A DNA stretch of 59,371 nt, filler included, from Jimgerdemannia flammicorona (taxonomy: Eukaryota): assembly GCA_003990765.1 (NCBI GenBank). It is 3 parts of 3 records of this genome, joined end to end, with 100 filler letters (N's around TTAATTAATTAA, not from the genome) between each part and the next. Parts side by side here need not be neighbours in the genome. Positions count along the whole stretch, not along the records: positions 1 to 19,737 come from RBNJ01001864.1; 2 more parts are not named here. One strand, given 5' to 3'. Of this stretch, positions 1 to 12,000 are shown one piece after another. A program made the position numbers and the translations under genes. The notes under the pieces are model-generated. The model made no database searches. It was given only the letters and a program-made list of their open reading frames with translations, and was not told the origin of the DNA. Numbering within the stretch: the first letter of the stretch is position 1; every line of letters starts with the position of its first letter.

Positions 1-167
1 AAAAAAAAAAAAAAGGAATAAATGATAGTATGGTGTCCGTTTCGTGTCGAACAGGACTTCCTTCCCAGCAGTATCAAACCACATATGATAGCTCCCTTGC
101 AAGCGCCCCTAAACCCCCCAACCAGCAGGTTCCCTCTAAAAAATAAATAAAAATAAAATCCACTCAC

Positions 168-1320
168 CATTCCTCAACCCGATTTCAACCTCCTCCCCTT
201 CGCCACACACGATGACCTCCAACAACCCTCTCGCCTCGCACGTTCCTAAAAACTCGATCGTCATCCACACGTCGTCGTCGTCAGTCCCCATCCCTCCAAA
301 CAATATTTCCACGTCGTCGAGGACGAGCAGCGACGGCCGGCCGCGATTGCGTACCCGGATGGCATTTAGCGCTTGAATGATGTGGCGGAAAGTGTCTGGG
401 GGCGGAAGAGTCGGATGTGTGGGGGTGAAGAGGGACCGGAGGAAGGATGTGCGCTTGGCGGGGGTTGTGAAGGTTACGGAGTGGAGAGGCGGAGAGGGAG
501 GGGATAAGGCGATGTGATGGACTGGGTGGGGTCAAGGGATATATTAGATGAGGATATCTCAAACACCGCATGATCTCAAAATATCGGCGCATCACGCCGA
601 ACCCCTCCCCGAAACCAACCTTCCTCAGTGAACCCCAACGCCCTCTCTACAGATAGCCTAAACCGCGTGGCATCCGACACCAGCCCCGAATCGCCGTGTA
701 CGGGGGTCGGACGACCGAGCTCGTGGCGTAGGCTCAAGTAGATGGCAGGGCGAGCGCTGATCTCTTCGTTGACCCAGTTGAGAAGCGCGGTGGTCTTGCC
801 GATGCCTGTTGAAAGAAATGGCGGAGTGAGAAGGATCCATGGAAGACTTTCCCGGCTATTCATGAACAACATTATGTTTCATGTAGCCTACCGTGCCGGC
901 CCTCTATCAGCATGGGCACCTTCGGCTTTTTACTGTTCCGGAACTCGGCCGTCAGGCGGTCGAGGTGCTCGGCGAAGAGCGGGAGTTGGAGTGCGTCGGT
1001 CGCAGTGGCGAAGGGGTAACTGTTGAGCAAGTTGTTGATGACGGCGGCGACGGCGGGGAAGAGTGCCTCGTTCGCCGATGCGGAGGTGCCTTTTTTTAAA
1101 ACAGGTTTGATGATAGGATGATTTGGTATGGAAAAGATTGGATTTAACACACATTTAACACGCGGTGGATCTCTATAATGCTCTCTTCTCTACCTTGGAA
1201 GCCTTTCCGGATTCTCCGTCTTTGAAGCCTCCGTGATTTTGAGCGAGTTACAATGAAAAGGGTTGTTACGGCCAGAAGGGCAGCGGCGGTTGCGGCAATG
1301 AGTATGTGTCGTTGGGACAT
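168..1320 (-). CDS. Putative N-terminally membrane-anchored P-loop (AAA+/ATPase_2-like) ATPase, spliced, 3' end unresolved
   Basis: ATG at 1320, then hydrophobic ILIAATAAALLAVTTLFIV. Splicing exons ~1320-1194, 1089-892, 805-620 and 395-168 at GT..AG builds Walker A EGRHGIGKTT and Walker B LLVLDDVE. The exon 2 acceptor and the last exon are uncertain. Confidence 0.65.
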
Positions 1321-1643
1321 CTTTAGGAATAACGAGACCAAGCCACCTCGGGGTTAAATGCGGTGTGACGGGGGAAATGATGTCTAACGCCAACCCCACG
1401 TGGTGCTCTTTTGCTCCTTTTGTTTATTTCCTTTGTTAAATAATGTATAAATACTCTTTAGCGAAAAATCAAAATATCCAACCACTAAGTATATACACTC
1501 ACAGACCAACCCCTTACAAAAGGATTGCGTCGTGAAAACCCAATATATGCGCTCGGAGCATCTTCCTCCGGGTTTTGCTTGATGGAGCTGCCCTTAGGGT
1601 CTTAGGGGACACCAGTTGGCAGTAATACTTGTTGACTCCAGCC

Positions 1644-1683
1644 ATCCGCGTAATCCGCGTAATCCGCGTAATCCACGTAATCC
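1644..1683. repeat. 9-bp tandem repeat (ATCCGCGTA x3, one variant, partial fifth) in the divergent promoter
   Basis: Read directly from the sequence. Confidence 0.9.
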
Positions 1684-1868
1684 CTGCGTTAGCGTCCAAT
1701 CAGCGATTTTGTGGCTTGGCTGTTGATGGCACTCCTATGACTGCCAATCCTTCAAAAAAAAAAAAAATAACTGTCCCCCACAATCGCCTCTTTTCCAATT
1801 CACCTCTTTCTTCCCCATTTCTCTCTTTCCCTCCCCTCCCCCCCAAAATAAGAAAAAATCTTTTCACG

Positions 1869-2058
1869 ATGAGTAAACAAGTCGCCTCCAAATTGTCAAA
1901 CAAACCCACCGCCGCTAACAATAAGGCCAAGATCGCCGTGGCGAAGCCGAAGAACGGCGCGCAGAAGTCTGTAGACAAGAAAGCGAAGAAGGCCGCCGCA
2001 TCAAGCGATGAAGAGTCGGATGACTCGGATGACTTGGATAAGAGCGAGGACAGCGAGA

Positions 2059-2090
<32 letters not shown>

Positions 2091-3580
2091 GAGGAGGAGG
2101 ACAAGGATGTGAAGAAGAAGCCCGCCGCTGCCAACGGCAAGGCAAAGAAGGCCGCCGACTCTGACTCTGACTCCGATTCCGACTCCGAGAAGGATTCGGA
2201 CGACTCCGACGAGGAAGAGGAAAAAAAGAAACCTACGAAAGCCACCGTCGTCGCCAAGAAGGATGAAGCCTCGGACTCGGACGAGTCCGACGACGACAGC
2301 GACGAAGAGGAGGAGGAGGAAGACAACAAGAAGCCCGCCAAGGCAAACGGTAACGGCAAGAAGGCGGCTGCTTCCTCCTCTGGGGAGGAGGATGATTCTG
2401 ATGATGATTCTGATGATGACAAAGATGAGGAGTCTGATGCGGACAAGATGGACGTTGACGGCGAGGAGAAGCCCTCGCAAAAACGTAAGCACGCCGATGG
2501 TGACAAGGTCGACGCTAAAAAGGCCAAGGTCGAGAGCGGTAACGGTAACGGCGCTGCCGCTGGGGCCAGCGCCCAGGTGTTTGTGGGCGGGTTGTCGTGG
2601 AATGTAGACAACGACTGGCTGCGCTCCGAGTTCGAGGAGTGTGGTACCATCGTCGACGTCCGCGTCATCATGGACAGGAACACACAGAAGTCTAAGGGGT
2701 ATGTATTGAAATGACTGATTCGTTGATTTCGTTTTTGCGCAATTCATTTGGCCCTGGCGTAATAACCCTTCCGCCATTTGTACATCGACACAACGGAAGA
2801 GCGCTCACCTCCTCCCTTCTTCCCTCCCACCTTTCCGCAGCTACGCCTACGTCGAGTTCGAGAACTCCGAGGGCGCACAGGCCGCCCTGGCCCTCGCCGG
2901 CAAGGAGATTGACGGCCGCGCGATTCGCGTGGATCTGTCCGAACCTCGCGGCCAAAAAACCGATCGAAACAGCGGCGGCGGCAAGGCGCTGAGCGAGCCG
3001 AGCGACACGCTGTTTCTGGGTAACCTGAGCTTCAACACGAGCGAAGACGAGATCAGGGAGGCGTTCGGGACCTACGGCGAGATTGTATCGTGCCGCCTGC
3101 CCACTGATCGCGAGACCGGTCAGCCTAAGGGGTAGGTATCTCGGTTCAAATCTGACACAACCTTCCTCTGCCTCAAACCTTGTAAAGTTGCTAACATCGC
3201 TCTCGCCTCGCACTTCATCCAGTTTCGGCTACCTCCAATTCGAATCCATCGAAGTCGCCCAACAAGCCATCGCGGAAATGAACGGTCACGAGATCCAAGG
3301 CCGCGGCCTGCGGCTCGACTTCGCGGGCGCGAAGAAGGAGGGTGGCTTTGGCGGCGGGGGCGGTCGGGGTGGTCGGGGTGGTCGTGGCGGCTTCGGCGGC
3401 GGATTCGGCGGCGGATTCGGCGGCGGTCGGGGTGGTCGCGGCGGCTTCGGCGGCGACCGTGGCGGTCGTGGCGGTCGTGGCGGATTTGGCGGGCGTGGTG
3501 GACGTGGTGGGCGCGGAGGGTTCTCGACTAACCGGGGTGGATTTGGCGATTTCCAAGGGAAGAAGATCACGTTCGATTAA
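1869..3580 (+). CDS. NSR1: Nucleolin-like nucleolar protein (acidic/Ser-rich N-terminus, 2 RRMs, RGG tail)
   Basis: Exons 1869-2698, 2841-3131 and 3223-3580 with GT..AG introns. RRM1 VFVGGLSW...KGYAYVEF, RRM2 LFLGNLSF...KGFGYLQF, GAR tail ending FQGKKITFD. Confidence 0.93.
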
Positions 3581-4876
3581 GGATGGGATTGGATGGGAAT
3601 GGGATGGATGTGAGTGGGGTAATTGGTGAGAAGAAGCAAGTGTTTATGTCATGGCATCGCAAAAAGTTCGTTGTTTACTTTTTATCCTTATTCAGTATAT
3701 TTTTCTCCATCTAGTAATCCTATCATCACTTGTATGATGTGCAAAGTAGCTTCCAGAGTTTCCCGCAGCTTGTCCCGTTTTGTACATAATAGAATCTATG
3801 GAAATTAGTCCACTGCAACGATTTTTTTCGCTTTTTTGTGCATTGACCATACGTATGACACTGAATATCAATCAATGTGGCAGCACCCTCACCACACCAA
3901 TTGGTTAATGTATATACGCAACATGAATATCCGACATTAAAGTAGGAAGGGGTTTCGCTACACCTTTATATTCAATGTCTGTCAGCCCAATAAATATTCG
4001 TAAGCAAGAATACCAAAACTGGCTCGTTTAGCTCAATGCATAAGGGGGGTAACTTTTTTTTTTTTTGTCGTTCTATATTTATTCAGAGTACGCGACACAT
4101 GAAATCCAGGCCTCAATTTGGGAACCTTTAATCAATGTGTAATGCAACAAACCTTGTATCAGGGAAATATGTATGGGGCCGTACAAGGTCGTTGTTTGGG
4201 AGATAGTTGTTTTTTTTTAAACACTGCTAGCTAATGATTATCTATATAATAAAGCAGAGCTATTAAATTCATTCCATTCGTTCTTCGTTGCTCTGTGGAT
4301 GATTGTCATCTAGAATAGTTTATTTATTTGAGAATCATGGTCCACTGAGCAATTGCCGCGCTTTAAATCAACGAAATGGGTGACATCACGAGACGTTACT
4401 GGAAACGGCAAGATGGTACCTTTCATTCGGATGGGGCCTCACGCGAGTTATCCTCTATAATTGTCGCTGTAAACAAACATGTGTTCACCAACGGGGATGT
4501 CAGGCCAGATATCTGCCCAAACTGTCTGGTTTTTAGAAGCAACCACGAAATTCAGAAAAAGAAAAAGATTCACTCAAGTCTGGTTCCTGCGTCAAATGTT
4601 CTCAGGGTTTAAGGGGCAGGTAGGGAATACAAAAAGAGGCGAGAGGATGACAGGCGCAGATGTACAACTATCACGTCCAAGTCTCGAATGATAGACTTGA
4701 CTAATTTGGATGGGGCGTGATGAAATTTCAAATTTCAAAAGGAGTCCCCGTCTATCATTCGGGATATCGGATATCGCAGGTCACGATGTGACGCAAGTAA
4801 TTTACATACAAAAGGAGAGAAAGAATGGGCCGGACATGGAGGCAGACAATTATGTCGCGCGCATGATTTCACGCTC

Positions 4877-4886
4877 ATCGAACGAT
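4877..4886 (+). promoter_or_regulatory. Possible sterol regulatory element (SREBP/Sre1-type) upstream of ERG6
   Basis: ATCGAACGAT fits the fungal Sre1/SrbA-type consensus and lies ~150 bp before the ERG6 ATG. Short motif, could be chance. Confidence 0.3.
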
Positions 4887-5034
4887 AGCCGGTTGATAGC
4901 TTCGTTGTGCCACATGGCCGGGCCCAATGGTCGACCCGACATTGGACTGCCATTTGAAAATATGAACCTAGAAAGCCCACCCCATTCATTCCGCACCTCT
5001 CCACCTTCTCATCTGACAACTTCCATCCCCAACC

Positions 5035-6568
5035 ATGTCCAACATTGTCTCCGTTTCCAGCACCGAGGACCTGGCCTTTGCCAAGGCTCTGCACGGTAAA
5101 GATGTCAAGACCGGGTTCCTCGCCAACTTGATTTCTAAGAACAAGGACGTCCACGGCACTGCCACCGACGATTACCTGTCCCACTGGAAGAACCCGGATG
5201 CCGACACCGAGGAGGATGCTGCCAAGAGGTTGGGCAACTATACGCGCCTGACGAACACGTATTATAATTTGGCTACAGATTTTTATGAGGTATGTTTTCG
5301 AAGCGGTCTGGTTACGCAAATGGTGTATAGTACAGCGATGGATATGATGATGTGGAATTGTCATCGGAAGACGAACAGTGGAAGACGAGCCTATGCAAAA
5401 ATTACAAATGATGATCTGTTCCATCACTCACACCCCCTCATCTCCCACAGTATGGCTGGGGCACGTCCTTCCATTTCTCCCGCTTCTATAAGGGAGAGGA
5501 GTTCTTCCGCTCTATTGCGCGCCACGAGCACTACTTGGCCGCTCAGATGCAGCTCGGGCCCAACATGCGCGTGCTCGACGTCGGGTGCGGTGTCGGTAAG
5601 TCTCTTTTAGTTTGAGTGATGGATGCGGCACTCGAGTGTCGACTTTAAAAACAGAAAGACTGAGTGAAAGCCTTGCATCCCGGCATTCTCTAGGTGGCCC
5701 TGCTCGTGAGATTGCTCATTTCTCGGGCGCTCACATCACCGGGTTCAACAATAACGACTACCAGTTGTCCCGTGCCGCTGTGTATGCCCAACGCGAGGGG
5801 CTTGAGAACCAGACCGTGTGGACGAAGGTATGTAGGCTGCGTAGAGTTATGGCGAGGGCGAAGGGGAGCTTACAGAACGCAACAGTACAAGAGAAAAACA
5901 ACTCTGAAATGATTCGGGGTCTCATTAGTAATCCGCCAACCTCACCGCAACACTATTGTCATCACCTTTTCTTCATCCAGGGCAACTTCATGGAGATGCC
6001 CTTCGAGGATGCGACCTACGACGCTGTCTACGCCATTGAAGCGACGGTGCATGCACCGAAATTTGAAGGCGTCTACAGCGAGATCTTCCGCGTCCTCAAA
6101 CCAGGTGGCATCTTCGGGTGCTACGAGTGGTGCATGACGGAGAAATTTGACGAATCTGATCCGGAGCACCACCGAATCGCGCACGGGATCGAGATCGGCA
6201 ACGGGATTCCCAAGATGCGCAAGACGTCTGTCGCGATCCAGGCGCTGAAGAACGTCGGATTCGAGGTGGTGAGGTCGCAAGACCTGGCAGACGTAGGCGA
6301 CGAGGTCAAGTGGTACTATCCGCTCGAGGGCGATTTTCGCAAGGCTCAGAGCATGCGCGACATCGTCACCATGTCAGTCATGTCCGGTATTGGCAGGTGG
6401 ACCACGACCCAGATGTGCCGCGTGCTCGAGGCGGTTGGGCTTGCTCCCAAGGGATCTGTGGAGGTGCAGAAGTTCCTCGAGACGGCGGCGGATGCGTTGG
6501 TCGAGGGCGGGCAGAAGGAGTTGTTTACGCCCATGTTCTTCTTTTTGGCGAGGAAGCCTTTGGCGTAG
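5035..6568 (+). CDS. ERG6: Sterol 24-C-methyltransferase
   Basis: Exons 5035-5289, 5451-5595, 5694-5827 and 5981-6568. Motifs [39 protein letters not shown] and IEIGNGIP. Confidence 0.96.
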
Positions 6569-6847
6569 GTGTGGACGTAGATGAAAGTTTAGTAGGAGGG
6601 GGAAAAAAAAAAGTTTTTTGGTGAGCGCGTAATAGAAATGTAGATTTTTTTCTATTTTTTCTATTTAATTTGACTAGAGTCTTATTCATTTTATTTAGTT
6701 TTTATTCGTATATTACATTAAAGTGTTAATTCTTCGTTGAGGTGATGAAAACGTCACAAGTCGCGCGTGACTGATGACGTAACCATTCCCATACGTAATC
6801 AAACACAAAGCGACAAACTGCCACACATTCCCTCTCCGCCACACACA

Positions 6848-7510
6848 ATGTCGTCGTCAAGCACCCAGCAGCAGCAACAGCAGCAGAAGCAGGAACAGGA
6901 TCAGGCCAACAAACCCGCTCAGCCGATTCCCCAGCTAGGCGCCTTGGAGGAAGACGACGAGTTTGAGGAATTCGCTGCCGAGGGTGAGTTGTGCTCATGG
7001 GGAACGCGTAAGGGGGGGGGGTTAGTTTTGTGGGATTATTTTGTGAAAATTCTGGCCTACTAAATGCTTGCCATTCTACTCCTTGATCATTTTGCGCTCT
7101 GGCCTCTCGTCTCTCTTCCGCCAATGTGTTTCGACGCGCACTACCCGATGTAATCGCGCCACCTAACCAGATTGGAACGAAACCGAGGAGGACCAGCAGG
7201 ATCACCAGTGGGAGGACAACTGGGATGACGATGACGTTGAGGATGATTTTTCGAAGCAGCTGAGGTGAGCGAGAATTTGGATCGCGGAGTTTGGGGTTTG
7301 GCATGTTGGAAACCTTTGCGTCTTTTCATCGGAATTTTTGTTCGAGTTGGGAGAATGCGATCTAGAGTGGTGTAGCATAACAAGGCATAGGGAGCGATAT
7401 ATTCGATATTTTATGTTGGATCAGCCCGCCATTGACTTACCAACACCAATGACCCCACTAATAGGTCCGAGCTCCAAAAGCAAGCGCAGCCGCAGCCAAT
7501 GAAGATGTAA
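6848..7510 (+). CDS. SEM1: 26S proteasome lid subunit Sem1/Dss1
   Basis: Exons 6848-6983, 7171-7264 and 7465-7510 give ...[18 protein letters not shown]...[24 protein letters not shown]..., the DSS1/Sem1 signature. Confidence 0.93.
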
Positions 7511-7756
7511 ACCGACGTCGAGTGTCAGGGGAAAAGGGATAGGACGGAAAATTGACCGTTTCGGTACACGTCTCGTGTGTGCAGGTTTTGGTGAATGTGT
7601 GGCGTGATGATGGGGTATGCGGAAATTTGGCGAGGAACAATGCAATCGGGTGGGGCGTGGATGAGCGCACGAAAAGAATTTCAGTTTCCCGCTCTCCTTC
7701 AATAATTTCTTTTGATCTCTGTTGAAAGGCATTGTAACGTTCGTGTTCTCTTGTAT

Positions 7757-7798
<42 letters not shown>

Positions 7799-9056
7799 CA
7801 TTTCATTATACTTCCCGAAGTAGCGAGTGTAATGACGTTAATGTTTTCTGTCACGTCTGTCATAGCTGTTTGTTCTCGGAGTTTTTTGGGATGATTTCGG
7901 GTTGGGATTGTTGGATGTATGTTACGCGTTTTTTCTGTGGCCAATATTGGATGAGATGGACAGATCACATGACATGCCTATCGCTTAGCATCATCCAAAC
8001 GGACGCTTCTGACATCGCTATCGGCGAATCGGTCGAATAGCAGTCGCTTGGAGAATAAATCATACTCACTATTTAAGAAATGACATCTCTTTCATCATAC
8101 AAATCCATACTCATCACACCCTGCCACTGGTGCTGTTAGCAATATTTGATAAGTTTAAACTAATTAATCCACAAGATAAAAAAACAGTTCAAAGTCTATG
8201 ATAAAGTGCTATATTGTAGATGTCCCGATCACATATCTGTAATATCAGATTTCAGATTAGAGATATTCAATTAATAGTTATATTGATTATATCTTTGCCC
8301 GTCGCCGCGAAAGGTCATCGGATAAGATTTCTGATGAGATTGGCCACGTGGAAGTCTCCGTGGAAGGAAGATGCGCTTGCAGCACACTATTTCTTAAAAA
8401 TCAAGCCCCGATTTTGTATACAAAAACCGCTTTGGTCGATAACATGGGAGATTTACCAAAATTTGATGTACTTATGCTCATATTAACAGACAAATATTTC
8501 GTCCGTGTAAAGTCCAGACAATGGTACGACTTTGCTGAATTAATATTGTTATGGTTATTCATTTTAGATAGTAATACAAATGTTCAACTTTTTTTAAATT
8601 TCAGCAAAGGACTTATTGCCAATATCATAATTTAAAGAGAATGAAACTTGAGGCTTTCAGTAATTCAGTGATACATTTGAAACCTTGAACATTACAGCTA
8701 GGGTTGTAGAAGAGAGAGAGAAAAATAAGCTTGGGATAGTGTGGTGATCAGGTAGTGTGACGTATGTACATTTGCAAGCAATGATACCATCACATCGGTA
8801 GCTTCTATTAGTGCCATAAGGACAGAAGCGCAATTAACATAGGAATACAGCCTCCAAAATATATCCATAGAATGGCGAGAACTTACATCGGATGTTTATT
8901 ATTGAAACTTCATCTGATGAGGTCCACGAACACAAAGATACCACTCAGAAATAAATAATAATAATATGGAATTACAAATTTGGAGATACAAACTAAACTA
9001 GCTAATGGAAGATCATAAAAACGGGGTAATTAACTAACTCCCTCCTAAAAATAACC

Positions 9057-12000
9057 TCAGAACTCCGCCGACCCGTGCGCCATCACGATCACTTCCTGAT
9101 TTTTTTGTATGTACTCCTGGCAAATACTAAGAAGATTTTTGGCGTGATACAAATCTGCATACTGTTCAATGTCCAGCACGGTATCGACCCCGATCATCTT
9201 ACCATTGATGATTCGCGTCTCAATTAAATTCTTGAGCCGATCAAGTGCGCACATATCCGCAGGCTGGAGTAGGTCAAGATACACTTGCAGCTGGCGACGA
9301 GGGTCGTTCTCCGCGCATTCGTTATCCGCGTCAATGTCCTCGGGCGTAACGACGAGCTCGCCGGTATGTAGGAAATCGAGCATGATGCGGAACGCGGTGG
9401 ACGATACGTCCGGTACCTCAATCTCTATGGGGAGGTTATCGTGGCGGGTTTCCGTCATTCCATCATGATCTGTGGGAAGGAACATTTTTTTGAAGTAGAC
9501 GCTGGCCATGGCGAGTAAGATCCGTGATGCACGGAGCCGTTGACCACCCACGAGAAAGACAACGTCCTTGTACCCATTGGCGACGGTGTCATCGCGGCGG
9601 TAAAACTCGGCAAAACTGCGGAGAACGAGTTCGGCGTGAGAAAGATGATCCGGGTCCGGGTCCGAGATGGGTACCACTGAATGAGGTTCGATCCTTTTTG
9701 TGCCGCCGAGAACCAAAAGCTTCTCGAAAGGATGTAGAAAATCGTGGACTTTTAACATCTCCGGGTTGATGTCAAAGTCTGCGCCGATGACGAGGTGACT
9801 GGCTGACTTCCAGTTTTCGGATTTCGTCGGGTCGTCGCCGTTCAGGAACAAGGTAGTTGTGCACGAAAAGCTGTCGTGCATTTTGGCCGCGGATTCCGGG
9901 TCGTTGCAGCGATCCAGAAGGAACTGGTACGTGTCCTTGAGCCAACGGCGGAATTCGGTCTCATTCCCGTGGCATTTCTGGGAAACTGTGAGCGCGAGAC
10001 AGTGGAGGTGGGCAATGACGACATCAACGGGCGGGCTGCCGAGATTTGGAATTTGCTGAAGAACGTGGTTGGATAGGTTGTTGAGGGTGGGGCATTGGGT
10101 CCATACGACATTTCGATGTTCTTCCAGACAGAGTTCGGAGAGGGAAGTGAGCCGACCAATTTCTGGAAGGAATTCGCGCGCGAAGCTAGGTAGAGCTTCA
10201 GAGGTCCTGGCATTGACGGGTATAAACTTTTTCTCAACGAGTTGGGAAAGTTGGGAGTGGTCCAGTGTAAAGTTTGAGCCAAAGTTTAAGGCAAAGTTAT
10301 TGGCCACAAGCCTAGCCCGGTCCAGGTAATTTGGAGGTCGACCCGACCCCAGCTCTGAAAGGCGAACGACCTCGTCGACACACTCGATGAACGTCGATCC
10401 GTTGACCTCGGTTTTGAGGCCAATTTTTCGAAGCGCCGAGATATTGGTCTTGACACTATTCGCGACAAACTTCCCCGCTCCGGCAAACACAAGAGCAAAC
10501 ATCGGGTGCGTGTCATCGTAAAGCTCCGAGGCCCTGAAAAGCCTGCAGTTGGGCAACTCGTCGCTCGGGATGAGCTGGTGCTGCGTGAGCATCTGGCAGA
10601 GCTGTTGCGACTGTTGCGATCCCTCGACGTAACTGAGAACCTTGTGAAGGAACGTCTGGTATTCGTTGACATTGTCAACTGGGAGTGGGTTATCGAGCAA
10701 CGGGAGGACGTTGTCCTTTAAGTATTCCTGAACCGACAGCTCAGGAATGTTGATCTTAGCTGCGAATTTGTGCTCCGTATCGTTTTTACAAAGGATAGCC
10801 ATTCCGTACGGTACTGAGAATACGGGGAAATCTTGCGGTAAAAGGCGGCAATCCATCGCGGGTTTAAAGGCAACGGTCAGGGAGGATGTGTGAGCCGGGA
10901 AGATGGGCAGCTGACGGAGGATCTGTATCGATTCCGAGGAACTCTCTTTTCGGAACAGGTCGTATTCGTTTCCCTGGAGGAAGTTCCTAAGGGTGTTCAG
11001 CTCATCAGGACTCAACGGCAACAGTAACTCCTCTATGGAACGGTTTGCTTTTGTGCTCGCCAATTGTATGCATTTCAGTACATTCATCACGGAGAACTCC
11101 AGTACAAAGTCGGACAGCCGCTTTGAATACTGTTTGTCAATAAGGTGAGTTCCGACCATGGTCAAAATCGCATTGATATTGGATCGATTGTCGTCTTGGT
11201 AGAGCAGAGGTAGATTTTGGTTCAAAGAGACCAACACTCCGTTTGGGCCGACGGTCGGCAGAATTGGCGTGTTCTCGAAGGCTGCCATGTCGATACTTTC
11301 CGTTGTATCCAGATAATGCCAGAGATCGCGAAGCCACTTGTCGTTTATGATAGTCCCATCGCTTTCGTAATTCAAGTGATCTCCAGAGCACAATATTTTG
11401 GAGACCAGTTGAATGAAAGCATCGTTGTCCAGTCGTTTGACGTTCAGCTCTTTGGCCGCCTCTTCAGTCGTAAGTGCATCGATAATAGGTTCCGAGAGCC
11501 TCCTTAGGTCTACGAAGCTTGATGAGAGATTGGGAAAAAGCGCAATTTCTGCTTCCCCGTTCGCAATGTAAAATTGAATTGGCCCCTTTCTGATCGTGCC
11601 AAATGACTTGTCCATAAGCGGTAGAATGGTACATCCTCTAAGCTCTGAGAAGGCCTTATCGCTCAGGAGATATTCGAAGAAGGCGATGAAGACGAGCCTG
11701 TCCATTTTCTGTACAAATGCCTTGGTGGTGTGCCGGATGTTGTCGCGGACGAGCTCGGGAGTGACTTGTTGAGGCTTTCTTTCCTGTTCAGGGAAGCTTT
11801 TCAGTATACTGCGAGGAAGTTGTACAACGTTGATGCTACGTTCAATCAAAAAATCACTGATGATTTTTGACGCCCCTTCCTTGATGCCATCGGAAATGAG
11901 TGTTTCGTCTTCGAATACGGCCTCTTGGTAGCTGATCCATTGTCCGCCGTTGCTCCGGGTGTAAAAGACGTCTCCACTCTTCATTGCGAGACTGCAAAAT

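Noticed and set aside
1700..3629. Long antisense and alternate-frame ORFs over NSR1 (likewise over ERG6 and the sacsin-like gene)
   Set aside because: Shadows of GC-rich or low-complexity coding sequence.
8220..8635. Two short overlapping ORFs between SEM1 and the sacsin-like gene
   Set aside because: No recognisable motif or convincing splice structure.
8914..8935. CTGATGA as a hammerhead ribozyme core (also 40314-40320)
   Set aside because: No properly placed GAAA or closing stems; the second site is not conserved in its sister copy.
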